Shown one piece after another: positions 35,098 through 47,565 of a DNA stretch of 64,000 nt. The stretch is taken from the NCBI GenBank assembly GCA_051362555.1, contig CM120648.1, forward strand, positions 18,038,587 to 18,102,586. The letters run 5' to 3'. A program made the position numbers and the translations under genes. The DNA comes from Lingula anatina. Taxonomy: Eukaryota; Animalia; Brachiopoda. Within the stretch, counting starts at the first letter, position 1. Every line of letters starts with the position of its first letter. A model generated the notes under the pieces. The model searched no databases. It was not told where the DNA came from and was given only the letters and a program-made list of their open reading frames with translations.

Positions 35098-36673
35098 GTG
35101 AGTGTATGACTACATGGTATCCCAGTGAAGTCAGGATGGGAGAGCAGGTGTCTCCTATAGTACCTGGAGGATATGCTGTAGTAGGTAAGTGTATGACTAC
35201 ATGGTATCCCAGTGAAGTCAGGATGGGAGAGCAGGTGTCTCCTATAGTACCCGGAGGATATGCTGTAGTAGGTGAGTGTATGACTACATGATATCCCAGT
35301 GAAGTCAGGATGGGAGAGCAGGTGTCTCCTATAGTACCTGGAGGATATGCTGTAGTAGGTAAGTGTATGACTACATGGTATCCCAGTGAAGTCAGGATGG
35401 GAGAGCAGGTGTCTCCTATAGTACCTGGAGGATATGCTGTAGTAGGTAAGTGTATGACTATGTACATGGTATCCCAGTGAAGTCAGGATGGGAGAGCAGG
35501 TGTCTCCTATAGTACCTGGAGGATATGCTGTAGTAGGTAAGTGTATGACTACATGGTATCCCAGTGAAGTCAGGATGGGAGAGCAGGTGTCTCCTATAGT
35601 ACCTGGAGGATATGCTGTAGTAGGTAAGTGTATGACTACATGGTATCCCAGTGAAGTCAGGATGGGAGAGCAGGTGTCTCCTATAGTCCCTGAAGGATAT
35701 GCTGTAGTAGGTAAGTGTATGACTACATGGTATCCCAGTGAAGTCAGGATGGGAGAGCAGGTGTCTCCTATAGTCCCTGGAGGATATGCTGTAGTAGGTA
35801 AGTGTATGACTACATGGTATCCCAGTGAAGTCAGGATGGGAGAGCAGGTGTCCCCTATAGTACCTGGAGGATATGCTGTAGTAGGTGAGTGTATGACTAC
35901 ATGGTATCCCAGTGAACTCAGGATGGGAGAGCAGGTGTCTCCTATAGTATCTGGAGGATATGCTGTAGTAGGTGAGTGTATGACTACATGGTATCCCAGT
36001 GAAGTCAGGATGGGAGAGCAGGTGTCTCCTATATTACCTGGAGGATATGCTGTAGTAGGTGAGTGTATGACTACATGGTATCCCAGTGAAGTCAGGATGG
36101 GAGAGCAGGTGTCCCCTATAGTACCTGGAGGATATGCTGTAGTAGGTGAGTGTATGACTACATGGTATCCCAGTGAAGTCAGGATGGGAGAGCAGGTGTC
36201 TCCTATAGTACCTGGAGGATATGCTGTAGTAGGTGAGTGTATGACTACATGGTATCCCAGTGAAGTCAGGATGGGAGAGCAGGTGTCTCCTATAGTATCT
36301 GGAGGATATGCTGTAGTAGGTGAGTGTATGACTACATGGTATCCCAGTGAAGTCAGGATGGGAGAGCAGGTGTCCCCTATAGTACCTGGAGGATATGCTG
36401 TAGTAGGTGAGTGTATGACTACATGGTATCCCAGTGAAGTCAGGATGGGAGAGCAGGTGTCTCCTATAGTACCTGGAGGATATGCTGTAGTAGGTAAGTG
36501 TATGACTACATGGTATCCCAGTGAAGCCCGGATGGGAGAGCAGGTGTCTCCTATAGTACCTGGAGGATATGCTGTAGTAGGTAAGTGTATGACTACATGG
36601 TATCCCAGTGAAGTCAGGATGGGAGAGCAGGTGTCTCCTATAGTACCTGGAGGATATGCTGTAGTAGGTAATA
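35011..36673 (+). repeat. 87-bp minisatellite (19 copies) derived from exon E
   Basis: GCTGTAGTAG|GT from 35098 to 36668 = 18 x 87 + one 4-bp insertion. Confidence 0.97.
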
Positions 36674-37015
36674 TCATGTAACTCAGCAGTACTCTCTATC
36701 ACTGTTAAGATTCATATTAGAGTCCTCTACAAACCCATGATAGTAACTACAGGTACGAAAATTGATCACTTCAATTATACTTGATCTAGTGTGTCAGGTA
36801 TTTTAAATATTTGAAAAAAAAATGAAAATTATTATTCCAAAATGAGTTTTTCAGTACTTTATTTATTAATAAGTCAGCTGTACATGTATCTTAATGCAGC
36901 AGCTATTGCTCTTTAAGTTGGCTGATATCGCACTGGAAAAAAATGTCAGTAGTATGTTCCTTTCAATGTATTTTTGCTTACATAATCATAAAATATGCGT
37001 GTATCATTTGTGTAG

Positions 37016-37113
37016 GAGCTGCTGCTTTGGCAGGAAGTGTTACCCACACCATTTCCACCTCTGTGATAGTGTTTGAGCTGACAGGACAGATATCCCACAT
37101 TCTACCTGCTGTG
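37016..37113 (+). CDS. CLCN2: ClC exon F
   Basis: [33 protein letters not shown]; gtaaga donor. Confidence 0.95.
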
Positions 37114-37644
37114 GTAAGACAACTGATTGTTTGATAAATGTAATAGTGGTTGAGCTAACGGGACAGATATCCCACATTCTACCTGCTGTGGTAAGACAAC
37201 TGATTGTTTGATAAATGTGATAGTGGTTGAGATAACGGGACAGATATCCCACATTCTACCTGCTGTGGTAAGACAACTGATTGTTTGATAAATGTAATAG
37301 TGTTTGAGCTAACGGGACAGATATCCCACATTCTACCTGCTGTGGTAAGACAACTGATTGTTTGATAAATGTGATAGCGTTTGAGCTGACAGGACAGATA
37401 TCCCACATTCTACCTGCTGTGGTAAGACAACTGATTGTTCGATAAATGTAATAGTGGTTGAGCTAACGGGACAGATATCCCACATTCTACCTGCTGTGGT
37501 AAGACAACTGATTGTTTGATAAATGTGATAGTATTTGAGATAACGGGACAGATATCCCACATTCTACCTGCTGTGGTAAGACAACTGATTGTTTGATAAA
37601 TGTGATAGCGTTTGAGCTAACGGGACAGATATCCCACATTCTAC
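37062..37644 (+). repeat. 77-bp minisatellite (~7.6 copies) spanning the exon F donor
   Basis: 52 exonic + 25 intronic nt; donors at 37114, 37191, 37268, 37345, 37422, 37499, 37576. Confidence 0.96.
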
Positions 37645-37748
37645 TGGCTGACAAGATTGTTGGTCTTTGAAAAATGTTAATATATTTAATCAATTTTATA
37701 AAACCAACACTTATTTTACATTTTCTATATATCATTTGTATACTCCAG

Positions 37749-37864
37749 ATAGCAGTGTTGATAGCCAATGCAGTCGCCCACAGCCTTCAGCCGTCCATTT
37801 ATGACAGCATCATCCAGATCAAAAGGCTGCCTTACCTGCCCGATATAATCCCCACCAAGTCCAG
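37749..37864 (+). CDS. CLCN2: ClC exon G (central Tyr, end of membrane domain)
   Basis: [38 protein letters not shown]. Confidence 0.95.
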
Positions 37865-38382
37865 GTAATATGTGATATCATCCCCACCAAGTCCAGGTAA
37901 TATGTGATATCATCCCCACCAAGTCCAGGTAATATGTGATATCATCCCCACCAAGTCAAGGTAATATGTGATATCACCCCTACCAAGTCAAGGTAATATG
38001 TGATATCATCCCCACCAAGTCCAGGTAATATGTGATATAATCCCCTCCAAGTCCAGGTAATATGTGATATAATCCCCTCCAAGTCCAGGTAATATGTGAT
38101 ATAATCCCCACCAAGTCCAGGTAATATGTGATATAATCCCCACCAAGTCCAGGTAATATGTGATATAATCCCCACCAAGTCCAGGTAATATGTGATATAA
38201 TCCCCTCCAAGTCCAGGTAATATGTGATATCATCCCCACCAAGTCCAGGTAATAAGTGATATAATCCCCACCAAGTCCAGGTAATATGTGATATAATCCC
38301 CTCCAAGTCCAGGTAATATGTGATATCATCCCCACCAAGTCCAGGTAATAACTGATATAATCCCCACCAAGTCCAGGTAATA
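37842..38382 (+). repeat. 32-bp minisatellite (17 copies) spanning the exon G donor
   Basis: 23 exonic + 9 intronic nt; donors 37865 to 38377 = 16 x 32. Confidence 0.96.
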
Positions 38383-38484
38383 CTTTCAGTACAAAACATT
38401 TTTCTGTACGTGAAATATTCCATGTCAAATGTGTTATCATATCCTTCTTGCAGCCCATATTATGTACTTGAGAAGGACTTCATG

Positions 38485-38533
<49 letters not shown>

Positions 38534-38550
38534 GTCTGGTGTCTTTGCAG

Positions 38551-38684
38551 CACTTACAATGTGTTTGTGGAGGACTTCATGATCCGTGACATCAGGTTTA
38601 TCAGCTATATCGCCACATACCAGGATGTGAAGAATCTGTTGGAGACATCCAAGTTAAGAACATTCCCATTGGTGGATGCCCCAG
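38551..38684 (+). CDS. CLCN2: ClC exon H (CBS1)
   Basis: TYNVFVEDFMIRDIRFI...RTFPLVDAP. Confidence 0.93.
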
Positions 38685-39222
38685 GTAGGGTAAACACACA
38701 CATGTGTAATGGCACTGGAGAAAGTTTGATTTTCTTCCTACAAATCAAACAGAGGCATGTCTGAAATCCCAATCAGGATGTGTTTTTATCCAGGGATGGA
38801 ACCATGGTTCGTGGAAGCAGTGTTGAACCAGTCAGATTTTTAAAAATCAAAATATATGTGTGAAAACTCCTCCTCTAACCCTTATTTTGTCCTGTCTGTT
38901 ATACCTTGAACATAGCACTGGCATATCAGGATCTCTGTGAGATTCCAAGACATGGGATTTATTAACTGAACATTGTACACTGTTATGTAGTCTTCTTACT
39001 TAGTGTTATATTCTAGTATGTCAGTTTTACATGATATTATCAGGTTTGAAAGCACCTTTCCTCTGATATTCCGATAAACTTTTTCACCAAACAGTTTATA
39101 ACAGTTATATATGAGACATTTATTTTTAGTATTTAGACCACTAACATATTGTTATATGTATACAGTATAATGCTATGACATTCAGAAGACAATCATATCC
39201 ATTATGTTGTGTATATTTCCAG

Positions 39223-39551
39223 AGTCCATGATTCTCCTTGGGTCTGTACAGAGACTGGAGCTGGAACTGTTACTGGAGGCTCAGCTTGGACGACAGCGCC
39301 GCCTGGCAGCAGTGGAAGAAGCATTACATAAACGGCAACAGGAAGAGGAGGAGAGGAAGAGAGCCAAGGAACAACTGGAGAAGAGGGCGTCCCAAGGCGA
39401 TACCGAGGGGACGCGACCAATGGCAGCTTGCAGTGGAGATATGTTGAACGCTGTGAAGGTCCACCGCCAGCCATCGGCCAGGTTTACAGTGACCCCTGCA
39501 GCCAGCAAGGTGGACAGTGGCGGACATGTCCAGTTGAAGCTGGACTCCACG
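39223..39551 (+). CDS. CLCN2: ClC exon I (end of CBS1, linker)
   Basis: ESMILLGSVQRLEL...QLKLDST; phase matches exon H. Confidence 0.9.
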
Positions 39552-39867
39552 GTAAACAGTGTGTGTGTGTTTGTGGATTTGAATGATAATCATAGGGACC
39601 ATTCCACAGATGTTTGGAGCAATCTATCTCCCAGGGGAGCCTCACTTAATTACTATCGACTTAACTGGCTTAAATGTCTTTCAGGCCTAGTAAAGCTGTT
39701 AGGGTGTAATTATCTTTACCCCCTAGCTTATTTGGTGGGCTTGACAGACATTTAAGCCAGTTATTTCATAGCAATTTATTGAGACTTCCCTGGGAGTTAG
39801 ACCGAACCAGATGGTGTGATAATATATGTGAAATGATATTACTACATTATCTCTGCCATCATTCCAG

Positions 39868-40069
39868 CCACCAGAACAAACAGCTAATGGAGACACGCTG
39901 AAACCGCACAAGTACACCAAGGCACCACAGAGAGGGATATTAAAGAAGAGTCCCCGTCCCAGCCCCTGGGCTAGTCCCAGGGCCAGTCCTAAAGGAAGTC
40001 CTCAGTCTTCACCTCGCTCTAGTCCACCAGGGTCTGCCAAGACAAGCCCCACACCCAGCCCACAGTTAG
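39868..40069 (+). CDS. CLCN2: ClC exon J (SP-rich linker)
   Basis: Open in phase, PPEQTANG...RGILKKSPRPSPWASPRASPKGSP...; weak gttagc donor. Confidence 0.75.
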
Positions 40070-40317
40070 GTTAGCCAGCTCTGGGCTACTACACTGGTCT
40101 GAAAGTTAACTTTTGATGTATTAAGAATATGGCTAAGTTAAAGGACTGTCTAGAAAATATTCCAGTTTTTATTAAAATCACACTGCAATTTCTCAAAAAA
40201 AAAAAAAAAAGAAGGGTATAGTGTATATAATTTGGTATAAAAAAAACGAATGATCATGAATAATTATTCAAAATTACTGAATTAGAGTAATGTGATTATT
40301 AAGTAATCTTTACATTA

Positions 40318-41283
40318 GGCCACACTTTTTTATTTTTATGGATGACATCCTCTGGGTACCCCAAAATCGGTGCGAGAGGGCGAAAAAAAAAAAAAAAACG
40401 GTCCAAAAGAAAAAGAAAAAAAAATACTGCTTAAGTAGAGGAATGCTGTCAGTGCACAGCTGGAAACACAAATTTTACCACAGAAACACGTATCAAACTA
40501 ATAATATGTCTTTATCCATGCTCTCAAAATATTAAAGCATTGTGAATACTTCGTAGAAATGTAAAAAAAAAAAGTCATGAATAGATATACTTCTTATCAC
40601 AAAATCTATTAAGGTTATTTCATGCATTTTGTTGGTATAGCAATCAATAAAACAAACATCAAACAAACAGTGTGTCTTTATTTGTATTCTCAGAATATTA
40701 AAGCATTTTGAACACTTCACAGAAAAGTTTCACAGATATGCTTAATAGGCCTACTACCAAATCTATTAAAGGTCATTTCGGACGATGCCATTTTGTCTAC
40801 TTCGACTCACACGGCCAAACTGTCAGGTGGCCCGTCCGACCTTCAGCCCACCAAATACCTCGACGCCCTTGTCGACCCTTTTTTCGCTACAGAAAACCTG
40901 GTAGCCTATGTGCTGCTTTGTACAGAATGTCACTGAAATTTTTCGGGCTATAATCGCTGGCGGCTGACAGCCTTTCGCACAATTGTAAAAAGGTGATATC
41001 TCCATGCCAAATATCAATGGCATACCAATCCAAAACGACGGCACCCGTTCTCTTTATGACTTTAATTGTCGTGTAATTTGAAAGTAATCCTAGAGATGAA
41101 CTTAACGGCAAAGCGGTCACATTTCCACGTGGCGATAATACGCATGCGCAGAAAACTCATTTCCGACGTTTGCGACAACCGACTTCGTTGGGGGCTGGGG
41201 GGGGGATTTTTTTTTTTTTCGGAGAACGGGCGAAAATCGGTGCGCGCGCAGGATGTCATCCATAAAAATAAAAAAGTGTGGCC
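40318..41283. mobile_element. non-autonomous DNA transposon, PIF/Harbinger- or Zator-like
   Basis: 34-bp TIR GGCCACACTTTTTTATTTTTATGGATGACATCCT, 3-bp TSD TTA. Confidence 0.88.
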
Positions 41284-41464
41284 TTAGCTTGATGCAAGAT
41301 GAGGTTAAAAATTGCTTACATTTAAAAAGATAATTTTAACCCTCTATAACAGGTACCTATATAGTATATACACCCTTAGGTTTATTTACCATCACACTAT
41401 TGTTTTCCATGTACCTTTCTCTGTTTATTTTGATAATGAAGTTTGATTAATTTTGATTTTACAG

Positions 41465-41559
41465 AAAAGAAATTCAGCATTGGGCTGGCAAAGATTTTCA
41501 AATCTCGAAGTAAAGAAAGTATCGCGGACAGTACAACTTCCGAAGATGATGAAGCTCAG
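41465..41559 (+). CDS. CLCN2: ClC exon K
   Basis: tacag|...|gtaact, phase fits J; EKKFSIGLAKIFKSRSKESIADSTTSEDDEAQ. Confidence 0.7.
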
Positions 41560-41713
41560 GTAACTATGGCAACAAACTGATAAACAGCATGGAATATTTT
41601 AGTTTAAAAGTCAATATTTACAGGGTTCTGTATTCTACTTATGAAGGATTAGCAGTGTGAGGACTCAAGTATATCTAATTATATTATATATAGCATCGTG
41701 AATATCATAAGAG

Positions 41714-41759
<46 letters not shown>

Positions 41760-41991
41760 CATCATGAGGGTAGTGGCTAAGTTTACATTTATCTATTCAT
41801 CTGTGTTTAATGTTATTATTTTTTATTTATTTATATCTTTTGCATGTGCTGTAAGTCTCTGCATACATGAAGTACCAGTTTGAAGTGAATAGTTAATAAT
41901 TGAAGATGTATAATATATATTGTAATAGAGTGACCATGATGTAAGGTTTCAGAGTGTGATACTGATATTTGGGTCATCCAGACACCATTAA

Positions 41992-42555
41992 CAACATACC
42001 TGTATCTACCCAGGTTTGTCAACTGTTTGCCCTCTGAGTCAGTACAACAGTTAATGTGTGGTATTACACCATTAAAACTACCTGAAGGTCAACATACCTG
42101 TATCTACCCAGGTTTGTCAACTGTTTGCCCTCTGAGTCAGTACAACAGTTAATGTGTGGTATTACACCATTAAAACTACCTGAAGGTCAACATACCTGTA
42201 TCTACCCAGGCTTGTCAACTGTTTGCCCTCTGAGTCAGTACAACAGTTAGTGTGTGGTATTACACCATTAAAACTACCTGAAGGTCAACATACCTGTATC
42301 TACCCAGGCTTGTCAACTGTTTGCCCTCTGAGTCAGTACAACAGTTAGTGTGGTATTACACCATTAAAACTACCTGAAGGTCAACATACCAGTATCTACC
42401 CAGGCTTGTCAACTGTTTGCCCTCTGAGTCAGTACAACAGTTAGTGTGTGGTATTACACCATTAAAACTACCTGAAGGTCAACATACCTGTATCTACCCA
42501 GGCTTGTCAACTGTTTGTTCTCTGAGCCAGTACAACACTTAGTGTGTGGTATTAA
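41992..42555. repeat. 98-bp intronic minisatellite (~5.7 copies)
   Basis: CAACATACCTGTATCTACCCAGG recurs every ~98 bp. Confidence 0.93.
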
Positions 42556-42727
42556 GCCTGGGCTAACAGCCAGCTGCCGTATGCACTGCACACTTGGTGT
42601 TATATACAGCATATAGTTTCATTCTCATGGTCTATCTGATTGGGTGAAATGTTGATATCAACTGTAAGTGAAATGGTCTGGGTATTATTTGAATGTCTGC
42701 TTTTATATTATATTTCACTATTGACAG

Positions 42728-42805
42728 GATTCCTCCCTATATGAGTTGGACCCCGAGTCTGACAGGTTCTTACACAGGCATGGCAAACATGCCCATGTAA
42801 AGCTG
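42728..42805 (+). CDS. CLCN2: ClC exon L
   Basis: gacag|...|gtaaga, 78 nt phase 0; DSSLYELDPESDRFLHRHGKHAHVKL. Confidence 0.65.
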
Positions 42806-43130
42806 GTAAGAAGATGGCTGCTGCTTAACAAACCACTTTTTATTTGATCATGTGACTTGTTATCTAGTCATGTGACCACAGCTTTTGACCACATGTTTTG
42901 CCATTGTTTCACAACTTTTGACTGCAGTGTGTAGGTAATTTAATTTTTGTAGCAGATTGCTGTGAGTGTGTTTTATCATAACCCATTTTATGTTTGTAGT
43001 TTCAAGCAAGACTGTTGCCATTGTGTGGCTTAGTTTTAGTTTTCTTATATGGTAAAATTTTCAGAGCTCCCCTTGTGTCTGTAAGTATAGCTTGATGATT
43101 GCAGTTGTCAAAGTGTGAAGATTTTTACTT

Positions 43131-45253
43131 ATTGTACCACCAGCGTTAGCCGGACGGCTACCGTTACCGCTTCTCCTCCTAGACGGTAAGGGCCCCCGTA
43201 CCTATCTCTTGGATTTAGGTCACCTATAATCTCAACTCGTTCCACGTAAAATTTGGGCTTTGTCGGTTTTGGGGTCTAGGTGTGGCACTCATTGCAATGC
43301 ACCCTTGTCCAAAAATGGCAAAATTAAATGCTAATTATCTACCCTACGGAAGGAATTATGGGAAAAATTTCTACAGACAGCTTTCCAAAAGTCATATGTG
43401 TAGATTTCAAATATGCCCTTGGATTTGACCTTTGACCTTTATTTCAAGGTCAAACGGGCCAAAATTTTCAAAAAAATGATTTTTTTTACGAAAAAAAAAT
43501 TATTTGCCCTGTTATTCAGACACCACACAGACTTAACCAATAATATTATTGGAAAGTGTTACCCTTCAGGTCATCTTTCATCTCCGTGAATTAGGGGGTC
43601 AATCGGTGCATTTTCACGGGAGTAGCGGCCATAAGATACCGAAACTGAAAACTGTCTCTAATTCGGGAACCGTTAATGCTAGAGACCCATTCTTTTTTGC
43701 ATTTTGTAGAGCATGTAAAGCCCAACAGTGGAAGTGGTCTCGGTTTTTTTGTATTCCATACAGTTTTCGAGTTACACTGTATCAAAAAGTACATATTGGT
43801 GGTGAAAGCAAAATGTGCAGTACGGTAATGGATAATAAATTTTGAACTCCGGAAAAATAAAACATAAGGCTTGGCAAAGCAGACAACTTGTGGTCAAAAA
43901 TGACATTATTTCATCAAATTTGAACATCTGGAACTTCAGAGCACCTCCCATTTCAAGAATTTTGACCAAAATGACCTTTTCTTTATTTTAATTAATTTTT
44001 TCTGTAGGAAATTTATGGCACATTATGGTAACTCCAAAATTATAACATTTAGCCCCTTATATCTCCAAAACTGGCAGAGATAGGTCCATAGTTACTATTG
44101 AAGTTGAATAGGAAGTCATATACTGGCAATCTAAATGTGACCTTGAAATTGACCTTTGACCTACTTTTCACCATGAACTGAACTTTGCAAATTTTGCTTC
44201 CCTTTTATCTCCAAAACTGGCAGAGATAGGTCCATAGTTACTATTGAAGTTGAATAGGAAGTCATATACTGGCAATCTAAATGTGACCTTAAAATTGACC
44301 TTTGACCTACTTTTCACCATGAACTGAACTTTGCAAATTTTGCTTCCCTTTTATCTCCAAAACTGGCAGAGATAGGTCCATAGTTACTATTGAAGTTGAA
44401 TAGGAAGGCATATACTGGCAATCTAAATGTGACCTTGAAATTGACCTCTGACCTACTTTTCACCATGAACTGAACTTTGCAAATTTTGCTTCCCTTTTAT
44501 CTCCAAAACTGGCAGAGATAGGTCCATAGTTACTATTGAAGTTGAATAGGAAGTCATATACTGGCAATCTAAATGTGACCTTAAGATTGACCTTTGACCT
44601 ACTTTTCACCATGAACTGAACTTTGCAAATTTTGCTTCCCCTTTATCTCCAAAACTGGCAGAGATAGGTCCATAGTTACTATTGAAGTTGAATAGGAAGT
44701 CATATACTGGCAATCTAAATGTGACCTTAAAATTGACCTTTGACCTACTTTTCACCATGAACTGAACTTTGCAAATTTTGCTTCCCTTTTATCTCCAAAA
44801 CTGGCAGAGATAGGTCCATAGTTACTATTGAGCTTGAATATGAAGTCATATACTGGCAATCTAAATGTGACCTTGAAATTGACCTTTGACCTACTTTTCA
44901 CCATGAACTGAACTTTGCAAATTTTGGTTCCCTTTTATCTCCAAAACTGGCAGAGATAGGTCCATAGTTACTATTGAAGTTGAATAAGAAGTCATATACT
45001 GGCAATTTACTGTGACCTTGAAATTGACATTTGACCTACCTTTCGATGAACTTAACTTTGATTGTACCATTTTTAGTCATATATGTTTTTTGCATATTTT
45101 GAAAATTCTTGTTGATTGCATTTTTACAGCTTGTCAAGCACAAGACTGGTGGCTGTGTCCCTTATTTTGTGTATGTGGGGGTTTATACGAATGCGCTTGC
45201 TCCAGCTGGTGGTACAATATTCGGAGGCGGTATCGCCTCTCTGATCCTCTAGT
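43131..45253 (+). mobile_element. non-autonomous Helentron/HINE-like element, copy 2
   Basis: Same family as 33288-34740 with ~7 internal 146-bp units (44061-45040). Confidence 0.82.
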
Positions 45254-46744
45254 TTTCTGTTTGGATTTTGCTAAGAATAATATTGGAATGCTGTTATTAT
45301 GCTGTGATCATTTTTGAAGATGAGACAGAAAGGCATGACTACAGGTAATGTTATAATAGATAGACTTAGGAAACTATGGAGAAATACACCTTTACTGCTG
45401 ATTGAAAAGAACAGAACCCAATTGTCAAAATGTAATGCAAAGTACATTCTGATCATTTTGTAGGGGTGTTCTAACAAAAATACAGTAGCATCTGCACCAA
45501 AAGCTGCTTCTGTTTTGATATTTTTTTCTGCTCGCAGTGAAAACCAATATTTTTTGTCTACAAAATCATTTTCATTTGGATTGAAACATATATTCTTGAG
45601 ACTCTGACTGCTTGGATTGATATACAGTTTTATTTTAAAAAAATTGTATTATTATTTTCTTTCTTGTAATCAATTAATGGTCTTCACATCCAAAAGAACT
45701 TCAGAGCAACCCCAGATGAGACACTATAAAAACCTGGACTGGTTTTCTGACTGTTCATGTAGTTCAAACTCCATAAATATGTCTGGCATTTTAATAAACG
45801 ACACATGCAGATATCAAAGAATCATCAAAAGTTGGAGCACATTTACTCTCCCTAAAGGTTGCCGCCTTAGTGCGGAGTATCAATTTGTGAAATTGTCCTC
45901 ACTTGTTGTTAACTGGCTGTGGTAATTGAGTTGTGTTATCTTGTAAACTGTTGTGAGGGGAATAATGCAATGGCTGCTGCCCAGAAACCTATTAAATATA
46001 TAGATAAACACTGATTTATAACATTCTCAACAGATTATATTGTGCAAACAATTCTGTTGGGAAGTATAAAATGGCATATGAACAAAAACCAGTTGAAAAT
46101 GAAGATGAACTTGCACTGATGTTGACAGAGGTCAGCTGCTTTCTGCTTTCTCTATGCACCAGCTTATAATATTACAAGTTTTACATATTTGGGGAAGTTC
46201 CTTAACTTACTGCCACTCTCCCCCCTCCCTGCACAATGGTTATGTTCATCTGAAATCTACTAATAAGACTATAACTACTAACTACTAACTATACTTTCCT
46301 GTGTACAGCATAAATACCTTGCATGCTTAGGCCTGGTGGCCTAGTATCTTATGATTTATGGTGGTTCATCCATTGTCATGCTTTAATAATGTGTCTTTAT
46401 GTTTACTAACATCTTTATTATTTGATTTCAGTTGTCAAGAAACACCCTTCCTCCTTACATTCCCTTTAAATTCTTAAGTACAGGGATGGGAACATCCTCT
46501 TTTCTTGCATGCTCTTCAAATTTTGAATTACAGGGATGGAAATTTCCCAAGTTTTATGCAGAGAAGACATGTTATAAGAATAGATGTCAGTGTAGATAAC
46601 TAGAGACAGGTTCCTTCCTGTCCTTACATTGTTCCCATCCCTGTACATGATATGTAGCAGTAAAAACACCATTAAACTAGCACTTTGATGTGCAGCATAT
46701 TTAAGACACCATTCCCAGAGCCTATCACACTAACTTTGGATCGG

Positions 46745-46908
46745 TCCAGGGGGATTCCCACTAAATTGCTATTAAATTAAGCAGCTTAGATGTCTCGCAC
46801 ACCCACTGATGCTGTTAGGGGGTAATAAACTCATTCAGCAGCTTTAGCAGGTGTGCCAGACATCTAAGCTGCTTAAACTGAAAGCAATTTAGGGAGAAAC
46901 CCCTTGGA
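46745..46908. repeat. imperfect foldback / possible MITE
   Basis: CTAAATTGCT / AGCAATTTAG and TTAAGCAGCTTAGATGTCT / AGACATCTAAGCTGCTTAA arms. Confidence 0.75.
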
Positions 46909-47475
46909 GATAGTTCGATCTTCTAAGATCAATCTAGGCATGGTAACCCAGTCAACCTTATCAGTCAACTCTGTTATGTGCATGTGCAGCATATTTAATA
47001 CCCTATCAGTCAACAATGTACCTTGTACCTTGATAGCATGTGCATGATATCCATACCCTTATATTTGCAGATCACATTATTGTCAAATACACAATTTTCC
47101 AAATATTTATTTTAAAGCAAGGCTTCAAGTGATGGATTGTCATATGCACATACATGTATTTATTGTTGATGTTTAAGGATGCCCAGTATGTAGAACATTA
47201 TTAACAGTGGATTTCTATTAATATTGGGATGAAAGTTACATTGCACTTGCTGTTTCTTAGATAGTTTAATTTGCAGTCAACAATTTTAGGTATTACACTC
47301 TCATAGATGTAATCAACATTGATACAACTTATCTGTTCGCCAGAATTTTTTTTTCTCAAGAAGTTAGGTTTCTTGGCTACTGAAATGAGAGTGTAAACCT
47401 AGTATTTGTTGTCATGGTAATTCTTTCTGTTGCATGTTTTTCTTCATTTTCCTTTCCCTGCATTTTCTCCACTAG

Positions 47476-47565
47476 AGGTCTCTTCTAGACGATTTCCCCA
47501 AGCAATATACTGACTCTGTGCGAAGTGGCAAAAGTGTTCAATTTAATGTCTTGGACTTACAAGAG
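47476..47565 (+). CDS. CLCN2: putative ClC cassette exon M
   Basis: Long pyrimidine tract, ctag|...|gtaagt, 90 nt open in phase 0; no recognisable homology. Confidence 0.5.

Noticed and set aside
34977-36702. Long ORFs (566, 397, 222 aa) on both strands
   Set aside because: By-products of the stop-poor 87-bp array; not independent genes.
31016-38382. CRISPR-like appearance of the regular repeats
   Set aside because: Units are head-to-tail with no unique spacers, no cas genes, and lie in a eukaryotic spliced gene.
37942-38458. Three overlapping minus-strand ORFs (also 30949-31434 and 37040-37768)
   Set aside because: Translations of minisatellites.
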